Program-made: the position numbers and the translations under genes
NCBI GenBank assembly: GCA_013239625.1
Contig: MU053513.1
Location: 3,088,927 to 3,152,926 of the forward strand
Reading direction: 5' to 3'
Source: Lama guanicoe
Lineage: Eukaryota
Length of the DNA: 64,000 bases
In this document: positions 12,231 through 25,030 of the stretch, piece after piece
Layout of the letters: each line of letters starts with the position of its first letter
Position numbering within the stretch: the stretch's first letter is position 1
Notes under the pieces: model-generated
Database searches by the model: none
The model's input: the letters and a program-made list of their open reading frames with translations, nothing else
What the model was told of the DNA's origin: nothing

Positions 12231-13565
12231 TCTTGCTAGAGACTTTGCAAGAGGGTTCTACCAAGAAAGAGATTTCAGATTAAGACACCCAACAGACAAA
12301 CAACCCAGCCTCCACCTGGCAGCACACTAAAGATTCTGAGTCGTCCTGTGGTTAAACTAACAAGCAGAACTGTGTTTAACTCTGTCAAAATCAGCATTTT
12401 GCACTTTTTACTGACCAGTTAATATTTTTAGGGGTTGAGAGGAGCAGAATACCTATTAAAACCTGGTAGGACAAAATTTGTGAAAAGCTAATCAAAAGTT
12501 AAAGTAATAACCCTGTAAATTCAGAGAGAAGCAGCTGAACGGCAGTCTGAGACAAACACCTGTCAGGAGGAGCCAGAAGCGCGGGGGGACGAGGGAAGGA
12601 GGAGCCGTCAGAGTCAAAGAGGACAGGAGGAGGCCCGGATGCCACCAACATGGAATCCTCAAGAACATCTCAATCGAAAGTTGAGCCATCTTCTGGGAAG
12701 GTGCAATGAATGCTAACTGACTTCTTCTGAAGGCCTCCCATTTGACAGCAATGAAAAAAAGGAATTAAGAAAGGGATAATCTTCCTTTTATAAAAAGAGA
12801 ATTTACAGCTTCCGATAGGCAGCATCCTAGATCACCCCTGCAATCAATCCTGAAGGGATGGAGAAGGACAGTGCATTTTGAAGAAGGGAGAAAAGAAAGT
12901 GTTGTTTAGAATTAAGCCTTGTTTAATCAGGCTAGGAGTGTAAAGAACATCTTAAATCATTAATCTTGAAAAGCACATCTTGTCCACTCACGCAGACATA
13001 TATTATTCAAGCATCTCTTCTCCTGGGCTGCTTAGCAGGTTGTCTGTATTTATTAAATTGCCTTTACACCTTTTAGATGGCAGTAAGTTTTAAAAAGTAA
13101 AGACCTAGGAAGCCATTGCTGTTTATCTGCCAAGTTGTCTTAGAAACCAGTACAGATCCAGATTATCAATATCACCTCCTAATCAGTCAGCAAATTTGTA
13201 AATGAATCACTCAGAAGTCCACATTGGCAAAAAAAAAAAAACTCAGAATAACATAAATTTCTTTTCTGCTCCCACTATTTAGGAAAAGCCATTGAGAAAG
13301 CAGAAGATGATTTACACGTTAAAAATTTAAAGCCCCTATTAAACTGTCATGTGAAATTCAAATTTATCTAATTTTTCCACACATATAGAATTTACTCTCC
13401 AGCTTATAAATGCCAGCAATTCTGTGATGTCATTACAACAGCATTAATGCAGATATACTTATTTAAACAGCCGTGTAGTCCTGAATCAGAAGTGAGTTTT
13501 AAGTAACTCATTATTACCCTAACCTAAAAAGAAAAGCACACCTTTGAGCTAGAAGTATTCAGCAG

Positions 13566-13715
13566 ACTGGTGCTTCTCAAATAGCAATGTGAGGAACTTG
13601 TTAAGCTGTGGATTCTGATTCAGAAGGTCTGAGGTGGGGCCTGGAATTCCGCATTGCTAACAAGCTCCCCCGAGATGCCCACGATGCTGTATGTACCATG
13701 CTCTTTGAGCGGCAA
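13566..13715. mobile_element. MER5-like hAT (Charlie) DNA transposon
   Basis: gtgcttctcaaa...gattctgattcagaaggtctgaggtggggcctggaattccgcattgctaacaagctccc. Confidence 0.8.
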
Positions 13716-14399
13716 GGCAAAGGACCAGCTTCCAGGGTTGAGGCTTAAGGAGAGGCAGTGTGGTTTGATGAATTAAGCTGGGTTGCATTCTTAGTTTGCC
13801 TGGTAACTCCTTTTGGAACTTCTGGAAAAGCACTGCCGCCCCTTCCATTTGGTGAGACTTGGAAAGCTCAGGCCCTAAAATCATATGTGCAAAATGTGGA
13901 AGAACAAATGCAAAGTAGAAATATGAAATTGTAATGATAGTGTCATGTTGGTGCAAGGCTCTCTACTCTGAGCTGTTTACGACAGTAAAAAGGGGGGACC
14001 CTTAGGTGAGTCTGGGTTAAGGGACAGGATTCGAATTTTTATAAATACCCAGCTGATTCTTAGGACCACACAAGTTCCAGACAAGCCACTGCAAGATAAG
14101 CCTTTTTCTCATTTTGCAATAAGGAAATTGGAAATTCAGAAGACGCACAAGTCCACCCAACCCATAACAGATTCAAAGCCAGGAGCTCCTCTGACATCAA
14201 GAAAGAAGCTCTTTCCTCTAAACACCGCTTGCCAAGGAGATCCCCAAACCACTGCTGCTAACCAGTGCTTGAGAAAGCCATTGATGTCGAGTTTTCAAGA
14301 TGTAAAAATATAAAGAACTACAGACTAGTTTGCTGAACAAAATTGGAGGTGAGGAAGGGAAGCAGAGTGTTGCACTTACTCGAAGTGGTGACCATTAGG

Positions 14400-14562
14400 A
14401 GCCAGCCCGGGCTCGCTGCCCAGACAGAACGAAGGCTCCACTGGGGCAGGGGACACGTCCCTGCCTATTGTCTTCACTTCCGATGGCCAAGATCCTGAAG
14501 CAGCGCCAGTCCACAAGAGGTATACAAAAAATACTGGTTGAATGACTGAACAAATGAATGAA
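14400..14562 (+). mobile_element. L2 3' end, unusually CpG-rich
   Basis: ggctccactggggcaggggacacgtc...tactggttgaatgactgaacaaatgaatgaatg is an L2 terminus with (TGAA)n tail. Confidence 0.6.
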
Positions 14563-14939
14563 TGGGAGACAGGCCAAAATACTCCCACATCTATTAAGCT
14601 CCTACTAGGGGCCAAGCACTATGGATGTAAATATAAATAAGATATAGTCCCTCACTCTAAATGTTAACATCCATTTTCTTAATTAATACTTTGGAAAGAA
14701 AGCTATGGCTTCTTGCTTATGTGACATTTGACATTCTGATCGCTCCTTTCCCCTCCCCTTTTCTTGGCCTCTAAGCAGACATTCGTGACCCTTCTCCTTC
14801 CATTGGGGTCAAGCAGCACGCTTCCTCACCCCCTCATTCTATGCCCAAGGGACTGCTGTTACCCCCAAGCCCTCATTTCTTGGTGAGGTAACATGGTAAA
14901 GTGAGAAAAACCTGGGCTCTGGAGTTTTAAAAACCCGGC

Positions 14940-15170
14940 TCATTTATTGAGTGCTTCCATGTACTGGACACTGCTCTGAGCACATTATTGGCATCAGTTA
15001 TTTAGTCCTCACAGCAACTGTGTGAGGGGGCATCATACCATTTCACAGATGAGGAGACTGAGGCCCAGAAAGACTAGGGACTTGCCCAACGTCAGCCAGG
15101 TAGGAAGTGGCCGAGTGAGCTTAAAACCTGGGCAGTCTGGTTGTAGAAGCCATTCTCCTAACCATTCTTC
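14940..15170 (-). mobile_element. MIR SINE
   Basis: catttattgagtgcttcc...ccatttcacagatgaggagactgaggcccaga...gacttgcccaacgtca. Confidence 0.85.
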
Positions 15171-15652
15171 AAACTGCCTCTCAAAGTTCAGGGCCCCGGG
15201 ATCATGCTGTCAGATCCACGTGTTTGGATCTGATATGTCTGTCATCTCAAGCATGTGTTTGGTACCTTAGACTGAGTGGCAACGATCCCACCTGCTTCAG
15301 TAGGAAAGATAGTCTTTGTTTCTTTTCAAACAAGTGCTTGATACTGCTCTTAGATAACAGTTTTTCTCCCCCAGAAGTTCTTATCTCTACATGGGAGTGA
15401 GCTGAAGAGTAACTTATTGAATTGTTTGAAAAATGTTTATGGATTCTCCAACATGAAAAGGCGAGAAAAAAAAAAAGCCATAGTGTTTGGTACTATATTC
15501 TAACAGAACCATTCAATCTACTTCTTTTTCACATGTTTTAAGTCTCCTGGATACAAGCGTTTATCAGAGGGACTACTTGAGGGAAAATGAGTGCTGTAAG
15601 CCTATCATATCACCATGTCCTGAACACCCCACTTCAAACATGCACAGGGATA

Positions 15653-15756
15653 GACACACACACACACGCACATAAACATAGTCAGATACACACACACATA
15701 CATACACACTCATATGCATAGACACAAACAGACATACAGACACACACACTCACACA
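15653..15756. repeat. Degenerate (CA)n tract
   Basis: Directly visible. Confidence 0.85.
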
Positions 15757-16509
15757 TGGCTCAGAAAGAAGTTCACACTGGGTCCTGGGGAAGTACCTTT
15801 GCGATCACCTAACAAGGCTTTGATAGATGAGTTTGCTAATGAGCCTGCCACACAACTGGAGAGGAAGTGCATATTCTACAAGCACTGTAAACATTCTCCT
15901 TTCTTTAAGGACAGAAGACAAGTTAATGGTAAGATTACTTTTTTAAAAAAATTCAAAATTAGTTTTAAACCCTTTACTGCCAAAATTCATCTCATGAAGT
16001 AAAAATAGGTTCTTTTACATCACCCAGAAAGCCTACCATACGGGTACACAGAGTAAGTTCAATTTTCCTAAAAACTGGTTTAAAAAAAAAACAACTGTAT
16101 CACTAGTTTAGGCATCTCATTTCCTTGTGATAGGAAAGCAATCCCTCCTGCACCCTCTCCCTGCTCCGGCTGCAGGCCAACATATTCAAACAGAACAAAG
16201 CCGAAGAAATGAAAGACACGGTGTACCCAGTTCTAATCCTCCATGTGAATTGACTCGGTGTGGCTCGCAGTAATGTGGTCCTGAAGCACATGCGAAGTTT
16301 AGAAGGAAAAATCTAGTACTTAAGATAGGGAAGTGTGGCCACTGCCAGCAGGTTCTGCCCATTGCACTCACCAGACAGCCAAAGCTGGCCACGCCCTCAC
16401 TGGCTGAAAAGGTCCGAAACATGATTCTTCAATGTCTTTAGAAAGACAACAAGTTCTCTGATAAGACATTTAAAATTCTTCCAGGTTTTTTCCCATCTTA
16501 TTTATTTCA

Positions 16510-16935
16510 TGGTGACAGAGATGACTGTCTCCTTTTTTCTCTTAGCAACAGATCCTGCCACACTACCCAACTAGAGGCCCCATTATCACCCCTCCTTGCA
16601 TGTAGGCATGGCCAGTTATCTTAATTCTGGGTGGTACCATGTGACTCAAGAGTGCCATGTAACTTCACATCTCATGAAAAGGAGGTTGCCTTTCCTCCTC
16701 CTCCCCACGGCTAGCGGTGGCAGTGGCAAGCCAACCATGATCATATGCACACAGACGATGCCCTAGGAGATGCTGGAGAACCAAGATGAAAGAAGCCTGT
16801 GCCCTTAGAAGGTATCTTGGAGCAAAGCTAATTACCCTTTCCAGATACCCAGCCACATCTATACTGTCATGTGAAAGAGAAACAAACCTCTATTCAAATC
16901 TCTTTTCTAGTAGCTTAGCCTCTTCCTTAACAAAC
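16510..16935 (+). mobile_element. Old MaLR (MLT1-type) LTR
   Basis: cttagcaacaga...accatgtgact...aagatgaaagaagcctg...tgtcatgtgaaagagaaacaaacctctatt resembles MLT1J/K-type LTRs. Confidence 0.6.
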
Positions 16936-17218
16936 TCACTCACCCTGGACTTCTATCCCAACAAAGAAGGAATTTTCCCAGCCTTCTTAACCTTCCCTCC
17001 CATCTGTATGTCTTTGCTCTTGGAGGTACCTGCCCCTTACAGAGATGTACTCTTTCTGACTGAATGTATTCATTCTTCAAGGGCTAGGTGCCTCCTCCCT
17101 CCCCTCTAAAGAATCCTCCATTAACAGAACCTTCTTAGAGATTCTGCTGCCCTTTTAATCTGAAGCTTTGGCACTTGATCAGATACTAACTGGAAAGGAC
17201 TCTAATTTGTCTCACGGG

Positions 17219-17314
17219 TATATTCCTTCATATCTTCCTGGGAGGGGCAATGCAGTGTACTGAAAAAGCCTAAAATATCACATTGCCCCTCCCAGGAAGA
17301 CATGAAGGAATATA
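17219..17314. repeat. 34-bp inverted repeat with 28-bp spacer
   Basis: tatattccttcatatcttcctgggaggggcaatg (17219-17252) versus cattgcccctcccaggaagacatgaaggaatata (17281-17314): 33/34 complementary. Confidence 0.95.
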
Positions 17315-18139
17315 TCCTTAAATCGCAGTTGTTGTAAAGAGAATGAAGCATATACTAAAATATCTATTTATTATAATAAAGAATTATACTCCTTCCTTTA
17401 ATTTTCAGACAAGGAGGGGCTGCACATGTCATTTATGTCCCCCAAAACACTGTGATAGAACTGGGCATATAGCAGGGATTTTAGTAAGTGTTTCAAGATG
17501 CAAAATTTCCCTAGTGTTTTTTTAGGGATTTTTGCCACAAGCAAACATAATACTGACCATTTGCATAAAAGATAAGCCTTGGTATCTCACACCTTTTAAA
17601 AAAAACACATGCTATCTGTTGTTGAATCCTGACCCCCCTCTTTTGATCTAGATTCTCTAGTTGTTCAAGTGGCTTGAGCACAAGCCTCACAGGGTCATGG
17701 GGGACCCAGGAGGTGCTATTTGCTTCAGGGTCTGCCTGGAAGGAATACTAGACTCTCTCAGTCTAAGCATGCCAGGAGCTGTGGCCACCTCTCAGCCTGT
17801 CCAGGGGTAGACAGACATGCAAGCTCGCTTCTCCCCTGTGTTACAGACAAGAGGAACTCCTTCTAGTTCAGGAATGGGACAGTTCTCAGAACTCAACTCC
17901 ACTGCAGAAATCCCTGGCTATGAGGGGTGTTTCAATTAAGCATTATAAAATAGACCATGCTGGCCCATTAAAAACATGCTTTAGGCCTGCCACAAAGGAG
18001 ACTGGCAAGCTTCCTCATGCCAGCTCAGTAGATGAAGCTGCCAGGAACATCCCAGCATGGGGCACCAAAACCAAGTCTCCAGGCTCAAAAAAAAAAAATG
18101 CCCTCCATTCAGCCCTGCTTTCATCCAGATTAACCCAAA

Positions 18140-18330
18140 TCATTAACTATTTCAAGAAATATTTATTGAGTTGAGTACCTATTATAGCCAAGTAATTGAG
18201 TATACAATAAGAAACAAGCCAAAGCCTCAAGGTTCTTACAGTCCTGAAGGATGAGAAAATAAACAGGCTATTGCAATATAACCTGATAAACACTGTGCTA
18301 AAGGAAGTACAAGGATTTATGGAGGTGGCT
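18140..18330 (-). mobile_element. L2 3' fragment
   Basis: ttcaagaaatatttattgagttgagtacctattatagcca... Confidence 0.6.
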
Positions 18331-18964
18331 AGGGATGAGGACGGAAAGGTAAGCAGGGGACCACCTGACTACTGGGGGCCGTAGGATGGACCCAATCCCC
18401 ATCAGACTCCAGGCAGATGTTAGAGCCACCCCTCTTTTTTACCCCTTACCTAGCAAAAGCAAGGCCTTTCTTATCACAGCAGCATTGGAAGGGCAGCCAA
18501 TAGTAAAAGGGGCATGAATCACCACCATGTTAATAAAATACCTTGTAAATGCCAAACAGACAGAATGCAAAACTCTGCTCAGGGATCTTGATATCTGTTT
18601 CCACAGAGCATCAGATGAATCCCTCTCACCATCAAAATCAGTAAGAGCTGAGACAAGAGACAGGCAGGGGAAGCATCCACTTCTGCAGTCAGAAAACCAA
18701 AATTAGACCAATTACATTGTTCAAGAGCCTCGATTTCATGGTGAGAGGCACTATATGCATAAACCAGTGACTGACAGATACATCTAACATGAACATTGAG
18801 CAAAGCAGTGAGGAGGTAAAGAGGTTCTCTTGTTTTGGAATGGGGATTGATCTTATCCATCTTCAATCAGGTGGGGATTCAGATCTTCAGATTTTATTCA
18901 CATACTATTTCCATCCTAGTCTGCTTTGTGCTTCCTCTGTCACTAGGAAAGAGACAAGCATGGA

Positions 18965-19140
18965 ACATCAGAGTTAAAACCTGAGAGATCATCTAGCCAG
19001 TCCTCCTTTTTACAGATGAAGAGTATGGGGTTCAAAGCGGGTAAGTGCCTTGCCCTGCTGGTTAGTGACAAAACCAGAATTAGAACTCAGGCCCTGCCCT
19101 GAACTCTCACGTGAGTGCTTGTCCCACTAATCTACTTGGA
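18965..19140 (-). mobile_element. MIR SINE
   Basis: gagatcatctag...tttttacagatgaagagtatggggttcaaagcgggtaagtgccttgccc. Confidence 0.65.
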
Positions 19141-19394
19141 GCTCAGAAACCTGGCACTAGACAAGTACTTATTTGGGAAAGATTATGCTTTGCTTAGAGA
19201 CTTTTTCCTTTAATACCTCTCTCTCTCTGAGAACCTATGTCACCAACACATAGCTATCAGGACAAAAGCTGGTGCTGTTTCAAAGCTTTCAGCCTGGCTT
19301 CCTACAGGGGTGAAAGCCAAAGAGTAAACCTGCAAACAGAGAAAAAGAAGCCATTGCCACCAATGAGTGTTTCTTCCCAGGAAACAGGATATGC

Positions 19395-19569
19395 CCGTGT
19401 GACAGTTTATGTGCATGTGTTATATGTGTGTATACACGTGTGTATGTTTCTACATGTACGTGCATCTGTGTGTGAACTAGAGTGCTGTATATGTATATAT
19501 GTGCATCTAAGAGTTGTTAATGTGTGTCTACGTGTGTGTGAAGATTCTGTCTGTGAATTTATGCATATA
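19395..19569. repeat. Degenerate (TG)n/(TA)n tract
   Basis: Directly visible. Confidence 0.8.
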
Positions 19570-19941
19570 CGTCTTTGTCCACTTAGGCCACTATAACAGA
19601 AAACCATGGACTTGATGGCTTACAAACAACAGAAATTTATTTTTCACAATTCTAGAGGCTGAGAAGTACATGATCAAGGAGCTGGCAGATTAAGTGTCCA
19701 ATGTTAGACTGCTTTCTGGTTCATAAAAGACTGTCTGCTCGCTGTGTCCTCATATGGTGGAAGGGACCAGGGATCTTTGAACTCTTTTTTATAAGGGCAT
19801 TAATCCCTTTCACAACAGCCCCATCCCACCCCATGACCTAATCACCTCCCAAAGGCTCCATCTCCAAATAACATCACATTAGGCATTAGGATTTAACATA
19901 TGAATTTGGAAGGGGCAGACCACAAACATCCAGCCTATAGC
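19570..19941 (-). mobile_element. MLT1A-like MaLR solo LTR
   Basis: ggcttacaaacaacagaaatttatttttcacaattctagaggctgagaagt...atgacctaatcacctcccaaaggc...acaaacatccagcctatagca. Confidence 0.85.
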
Positions 19942-20229
19942 AGTTTGCATATATATGTATCTATGTGTGTTCGTGTTGTATATGTAGGTGTATCTATTTA
20001 TGTATATATTTTTAACTGTACCATATATTCATGGTGGGGGAGGAAGGAAATGGAAACAGGAATCTTTACTCTGCTGGTTTTGGGTGCCTTTACAAGGCTA
20101 TGCATCTGTCTCACTGGAGACTTACAGCGAGGTTCACTTGCCTAGTAGCACTTTTCAGTGTCTGGTGGATGGAAACAGTTACTGTACTGAAGTTCTAAAG
20201 AGCAAATGGAAGCCTGAATATATATATAT

Positions 20230-21198
20230 ATAACTATGATTAGGATGGCTTTTATTAAAAAGCTAAAAAATACAAATGCTGAAGAAGATGTGGAGAAAGA
20301 GAACCCTTACACACTGTTGGTGGGAATGTTAACAGGTACAGCCATTATGGAAAATGGTATGGCAGTTCCTCAAAAACTAAAAATTGAAGTACCGTATGAT
20401 CCAGCAATCCCACCCTTGGGTTATGTATGAGAAGAAACAAATCAGTATCTTGAAGAGATATCTGCATTCCCATGATCACTGAAGCATTATTCACAATAGC
20501 CAAGAAACGGAAACAACCTCAACATCCCCTGACAGATAAATGGATAATGTTTAGATAGATGGATGGATGGGTGGACGGATGGATGGATGGATAGACAGAT
20601 AGATAGACAGACAGACAGATAGATAAGACAGACAGACAGGCAGGCAGACAGACAGACGAAATGGAATATTATTCAGATATGAGAAAAAGAATTGCCATTT
20701 GTGACATGACTCGACTTTGAGGGCATTATACTAAGTAAGATAAGTCAGAGAAAGACGAACACTATGATACCATTTATAGGTGGAATCTAAAAAGCTGAAC
20801 TTGTGAAAATAAAGAGTAGAATGTTGGTTACCAGAGGCTGAGTGCTGGGGGAATTGGGGAGATGCTGTTTAACAGAATAAACTTGAAAGCAGCAGATAAA
20901 AATGTTCTGGAGATCTAATGTACAGCATAGTGATTATAGTTAACAATACTGTATTATATGAAACTTCAAAGTTTCCAAAGAGACTAGATCGTAATTGTTC
21001 TCAACACAAAAAATAATTACGTGATGTGATAAAGGTGTTAGTTAACAGTACTGTAGTAATTGTGTTGCAGTATTGCATTATATGAATGTATCAAACCAAC
21101 ACATTGTACTCCTCAAACTTACATAATGTTATTATATGCCAATTTTAACTCAGTTTAAAAAAAAACAAAACCTCATTGACTTGTTAAAAAAAAAAAAA
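20230..21198 (+). mobile_element. L1 3' end (L1MA-like), about 1 kb
   Basis: gaagatgtggagaaagagaacccttacacactgttggtgggaatg, gatccagcaatccca, then 3' UTR and poly-A. Confidence 0.9.
20552..20657. repeat. Compound (GGAT)n/(AGAT)n/(AGAC)n microsatellite inside L1
   Basis: Directly visible. Confidence 0.95.
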
Positions 21199-22774
21199 GC
21201 AGCAGAAATGGTACACCAAGCCAGCAAATACTCAGAGGTGTCACTTCTCACTATTTTGGAGAGATATCACACAAAAACTTGTTGAGTTGAGCAGTAAAAT
21301 TGTACTTGGAAGGCTGTTTGAATCTACACATAATGACAATTTAGGGTTGGTGCTAAAGAGTGTTAGCTAAAAATATCAACCTCATAAGCTATTGTAAAGA
21401 TGAGATGAGATGTTTTTCAAGCACTGAGAGCTGACTCTGACACTGGATAAATGATGGTTAGCATCAGTACTAGGATTTGTAGTAGAAATGCCATTTCTGA
21501 GGTCTATAGATTCAGCAGATGTTGGGGAAAAAATATCTCATCAAAGGATTAGTGATAAAGACTACAATTCCAAATCATCCTCACCAAGGGAGTAAAAAGA
21601 AGGACATTAACTTCTCAAATATTTCAAACCTTTTCTAAGCAACAATAAGGTTCCTGAAATCAGCATGTACAAAAGATGTCATATAATTTTGAGGTCAGAT
21701 GCCTCCCCACCTCTTAATGCTTAACCAGCTGTGAAAGCTATTTATTACCAGGTTATTTTTTAGGGCTTGCTCATCTAAAAGGAATATTTCTCTTACACAC
21801 ACACACACACTTTGGTAAACAGTCTCCTTGCAGATTTCTTTTTCTTCTGTGAAAACCACAGAGGATAGAATTAGCTTAAGGATCTTTAGACAGAATCACA
21901 GAAGACACCACTTAATGAGGCTACAATTGAGTCTATCAAGGATGATTAGATAATACATTATAGACTGCAAATTTAGCACTAATTTCAAAACCTTCACACA
22001 TTAGCAAATCCTATAAATGCATTTATTTGTAAGCTGCACACCAAGGAACAAAGAGTCTATTGACAACAAAGCTATTTTGGAGAAAGTTTGCCTCCCAAAA
22101 GAAATAAATGCATTTAAAACAGCTATTGATGAGGCTCCTGCCATTTAGTAAACCCTCTGAATTTTGCTTCTGGAAGTGCATTTATAAATGGTTTGTAGCT
22201 GTCTCTTTTTATTAGCTCTTTGCAACGAAGGATATAAACTTCTGAAATAAAGCACCTGTGTTAAAAATTCCACCGTGAGCCTGTTAGTGGTAGGTGGTGC
22301 TGTTTCCCAGCCCTGGGCCTCAGATTCAAGAAGACTGACCACCAGCCAGCACAAAAGGCCTGACCTCAAAAGGGCCCCACCCCGTGCAGAGGTCTTAAAT
22401 GGAGCCAGAGCAGAAAAGCATGGGGCGTGCAACTGAATCACAAATTCAGGGGCACAACTCGAGGATGGGACCAAGCCTTTCAAGACCACTGTTGTGGGGC
22501 TCCTTCGCCACAACACAACTAGGGACACATGTGGCACCTGGAATTAATCATGTGTGCCCAAGATTAGAGCAGAGCCCCACGAAGGGAAACTTAAACCAGG
22601 AAGGAAGACAAATGCCTTTCTACCACATGCGTGCATGCTAGGCTGGGCCTGGAAGACGGAAGCTCCCTGAAAGGAGGAATTCTATCTCCAGTGGCAGGCA
22701 CCACGCATGCCCTCACTGATTCAGTTTCACAACATGGTATCATTAGAAGCATATTTGATAGCCATTAAAACACA

Positions 22775-23010
22775 CTATCAAAAGAACATAGATTTTTGAA
22801 GTCAGCCTCAAGTCAGATAAATTTTGACTCTGGCCCTTTCTAGCTCTATGATCTAGGTAAGTGATGGGAACGTTTTAGGCCTTCATATCCTCAACTGCGA
22901 AATAGGGATGATTATGTCTACCTCACTAGATGCTGTAGTAAATGAGCTAACTTACGGAGAAATTCCCAATTTGTCTCTCATACAGGAGATACTCAATATT
23001 TGGTTCATTT
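22775..23010 (+). mobile_element. MIR SINE
   Basis: ctagctctatgatctaggtaagtg...tcctcaactgcgaaatagggatgattatgtctacctcac. Confidence 0.7.
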
Positions 23011-23299
23011 TTAAAACAACTCATGTGACAACATGGAAAATACCCACTAAGTCCAAAAAGCAAAACATTAACACAAACGCAGCTCTGTGCCAGGGAGCAA
23101 ACAAATGTACAAAACAGAGCCAGAGGAACCGCACTGGAACCTCAGCCATTCTACCTTTGCGTGGAGGGTTTGTGAGTCAGTGTTTTCTCCTTTTCCAAAG
23201 TTTCTTTTAAGAAGAAAACACTACTTTCAGGATGGTAAAGTTGTACAGTTTTAGTAAAAGGTAGTTATTAAAACTGAGGGTCCTTGAAAGAGACAGCTT

Positions 23300-25030
23300 G
23301 TCTGAAGCAGGGTGGTTTTTATGACACGGACACGGACCAGTGCATCCTCAGGGCAGCCGGTGGAACACTAATCACAGCAGGGGTTCAGCTGCCACCCCTC
23401 ACGGTCAGGAGGACACAAACAGGAGTCAACAGAGTGACCCGGAGAAGGCTGAGCAGCAGTCACTGCCGCTGGCTGCTCCCACTAATAAAGAGGAAGCCCA
23501 GCAGCGAGCGGGCCTCTCCAGACACTGGGGATAGCGTGTGCCCCATCTGGATATCTTGCTGGCAGCCACCTCACGACGGGGCGCCTCTCAATGACAAGCC
23601 CTGGAAGCTGTTCAACCAGCTGAGGCCGGGCGCCAGCCTTGTGACCTTGGGAGCTTGTTAGCACTGGAGCTGCAGGTGTCTGCAATGCCCACACATGCTG
23701 ACTGTGGTCTGCGGCAGCAGGAAACCACGCTGGCGCCAGCCTCTCATATTCTGGATCCACAGGCTGCCTGAAGTTACTGCTCAAGACACACCCTTTGAAC
23801 CGCAGCTTTCCACTGCTGTTGGGCTCTGGTAGACACAGAATGTCTCACCATCGAAGTACTTTATTTGACACTGAGGCCTGAGGTGACCATCCTTACCTGG
23901 GTTCTCACCAATCGCAATAATAAAATCGGACAAGTTTCATCATCAAATGGGAATGGTACAACCAGAACTGAGCCAGGCCAGGACCCCAAGAGATCAGTGG
24001 ACTCCGTGACCAGGTGGCCACCCTGTCAGGGGGAACAGAGCATCCTGTAAGGGATGCCCTGGGCCCTCTCCTAGCTACATGGAGGTCACCCCTTGAAAAG
24101 GTTCTGGCTGAAGGCGTGGCCTGATTTAATGATGGTTTCACAAAATTGAAAGCTGATGGAGTCCACTGGGCTGCCACAGCCATCCACCATGTGGATGGCC
24201 ACCTCTTATGGAAACTAGAGGACACTCCACCCAGTGGACTGCATTTGGGGAGTAACAGCTGTGAAAGTCAGTCCACCCTACATGCCTCACTAGATCTCTG
24301 CTGGTTCTTGGGCTATGCCAAACAGTCTAGCCATGTGGTCAGGAGACTGGTAACTGCATGACTGGACTATTAAAGGACGCCCCCTACCCCCGGTATGAAA
24401 ACAAGGACTATGGCAACACCTTGATGCATGGAACAAGAAAATGTATGTCACTCATGTGGATGCTCATGGCAAAGAGCCTTTCAAACAAGAACACGAAAGG
24501 AATTCCTGAGCCAACAAGCTGCAACAGTGCCCGCTAAGTGCATCAGGGAAGCAGTCATGGAAGCCCACCTCAAATGTAGTAAGGGGCCAAATGCAGGGGA
24601 GTAATCTTCAAAGATGCAGAAGCCAAGGATGTGGTGCAATCTTGTAATTCCTGCCAACAAGCCCAAGCGGTACGAGAGGAATTAGGACACATCTGCAGGG
24701 GCACCTGCAGGCTTGGGTTTGGCAGACTGATCATTTTGGATCTTTTAACACCATGCGATGGAGTACTCTGTGCCTCACAGTGGCAGACACTTCCTCTGGA
24801 TATGGAACTTCCATCCCCATATGGCACCCTAGTCATGCTGGAAAAAAATCTCTGCCACTTTCTGGCCCCCAATCAAGTCAGGGAACTCCTTTCACAGCAC
24901 AAGCCACACAACAAGTACAATCCCATGGCATACACTGGACCTTCTACATTCCATACCACTCACAAACTAAGGGAGCCATTGAATGGTAAAATGGAAGACC
25001 AAGACAACAACTGAAGAAGAGACATCAAGG
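23300..25030 (+). pseudogene. pol: Decayed class III (ERV-L-like) pol: RT connection, RNase H, integrase
   Basis: Frameshifted peptides PTNKEEAQQRAGLSRHWG, PFEPQL..CWALVDTECLT, TLRPEVTILTWVL, IIKWEWY, FNDGF..HWAATA, VTHVDAH, CNSCQQ, LTVADTSSGYG, SSQGTPFTA and HGIHWTFYIPYHSQTKGAIEW are colinear with recalled ERV-L Pol motifs (PTTKKEAQRL, SPFEKQLLACYWAL, TGIDTYSGYG, SDQGTHFTA, HGIHWSYHVPHHP). Confidence 0.92.

Noticed and set aside
16227..16280. Minus-strand exon candidate (PHYCEPHRVNSHGGLEL)
   Set aside because: The donor gtacac is poor and the peptide is unrecognised.
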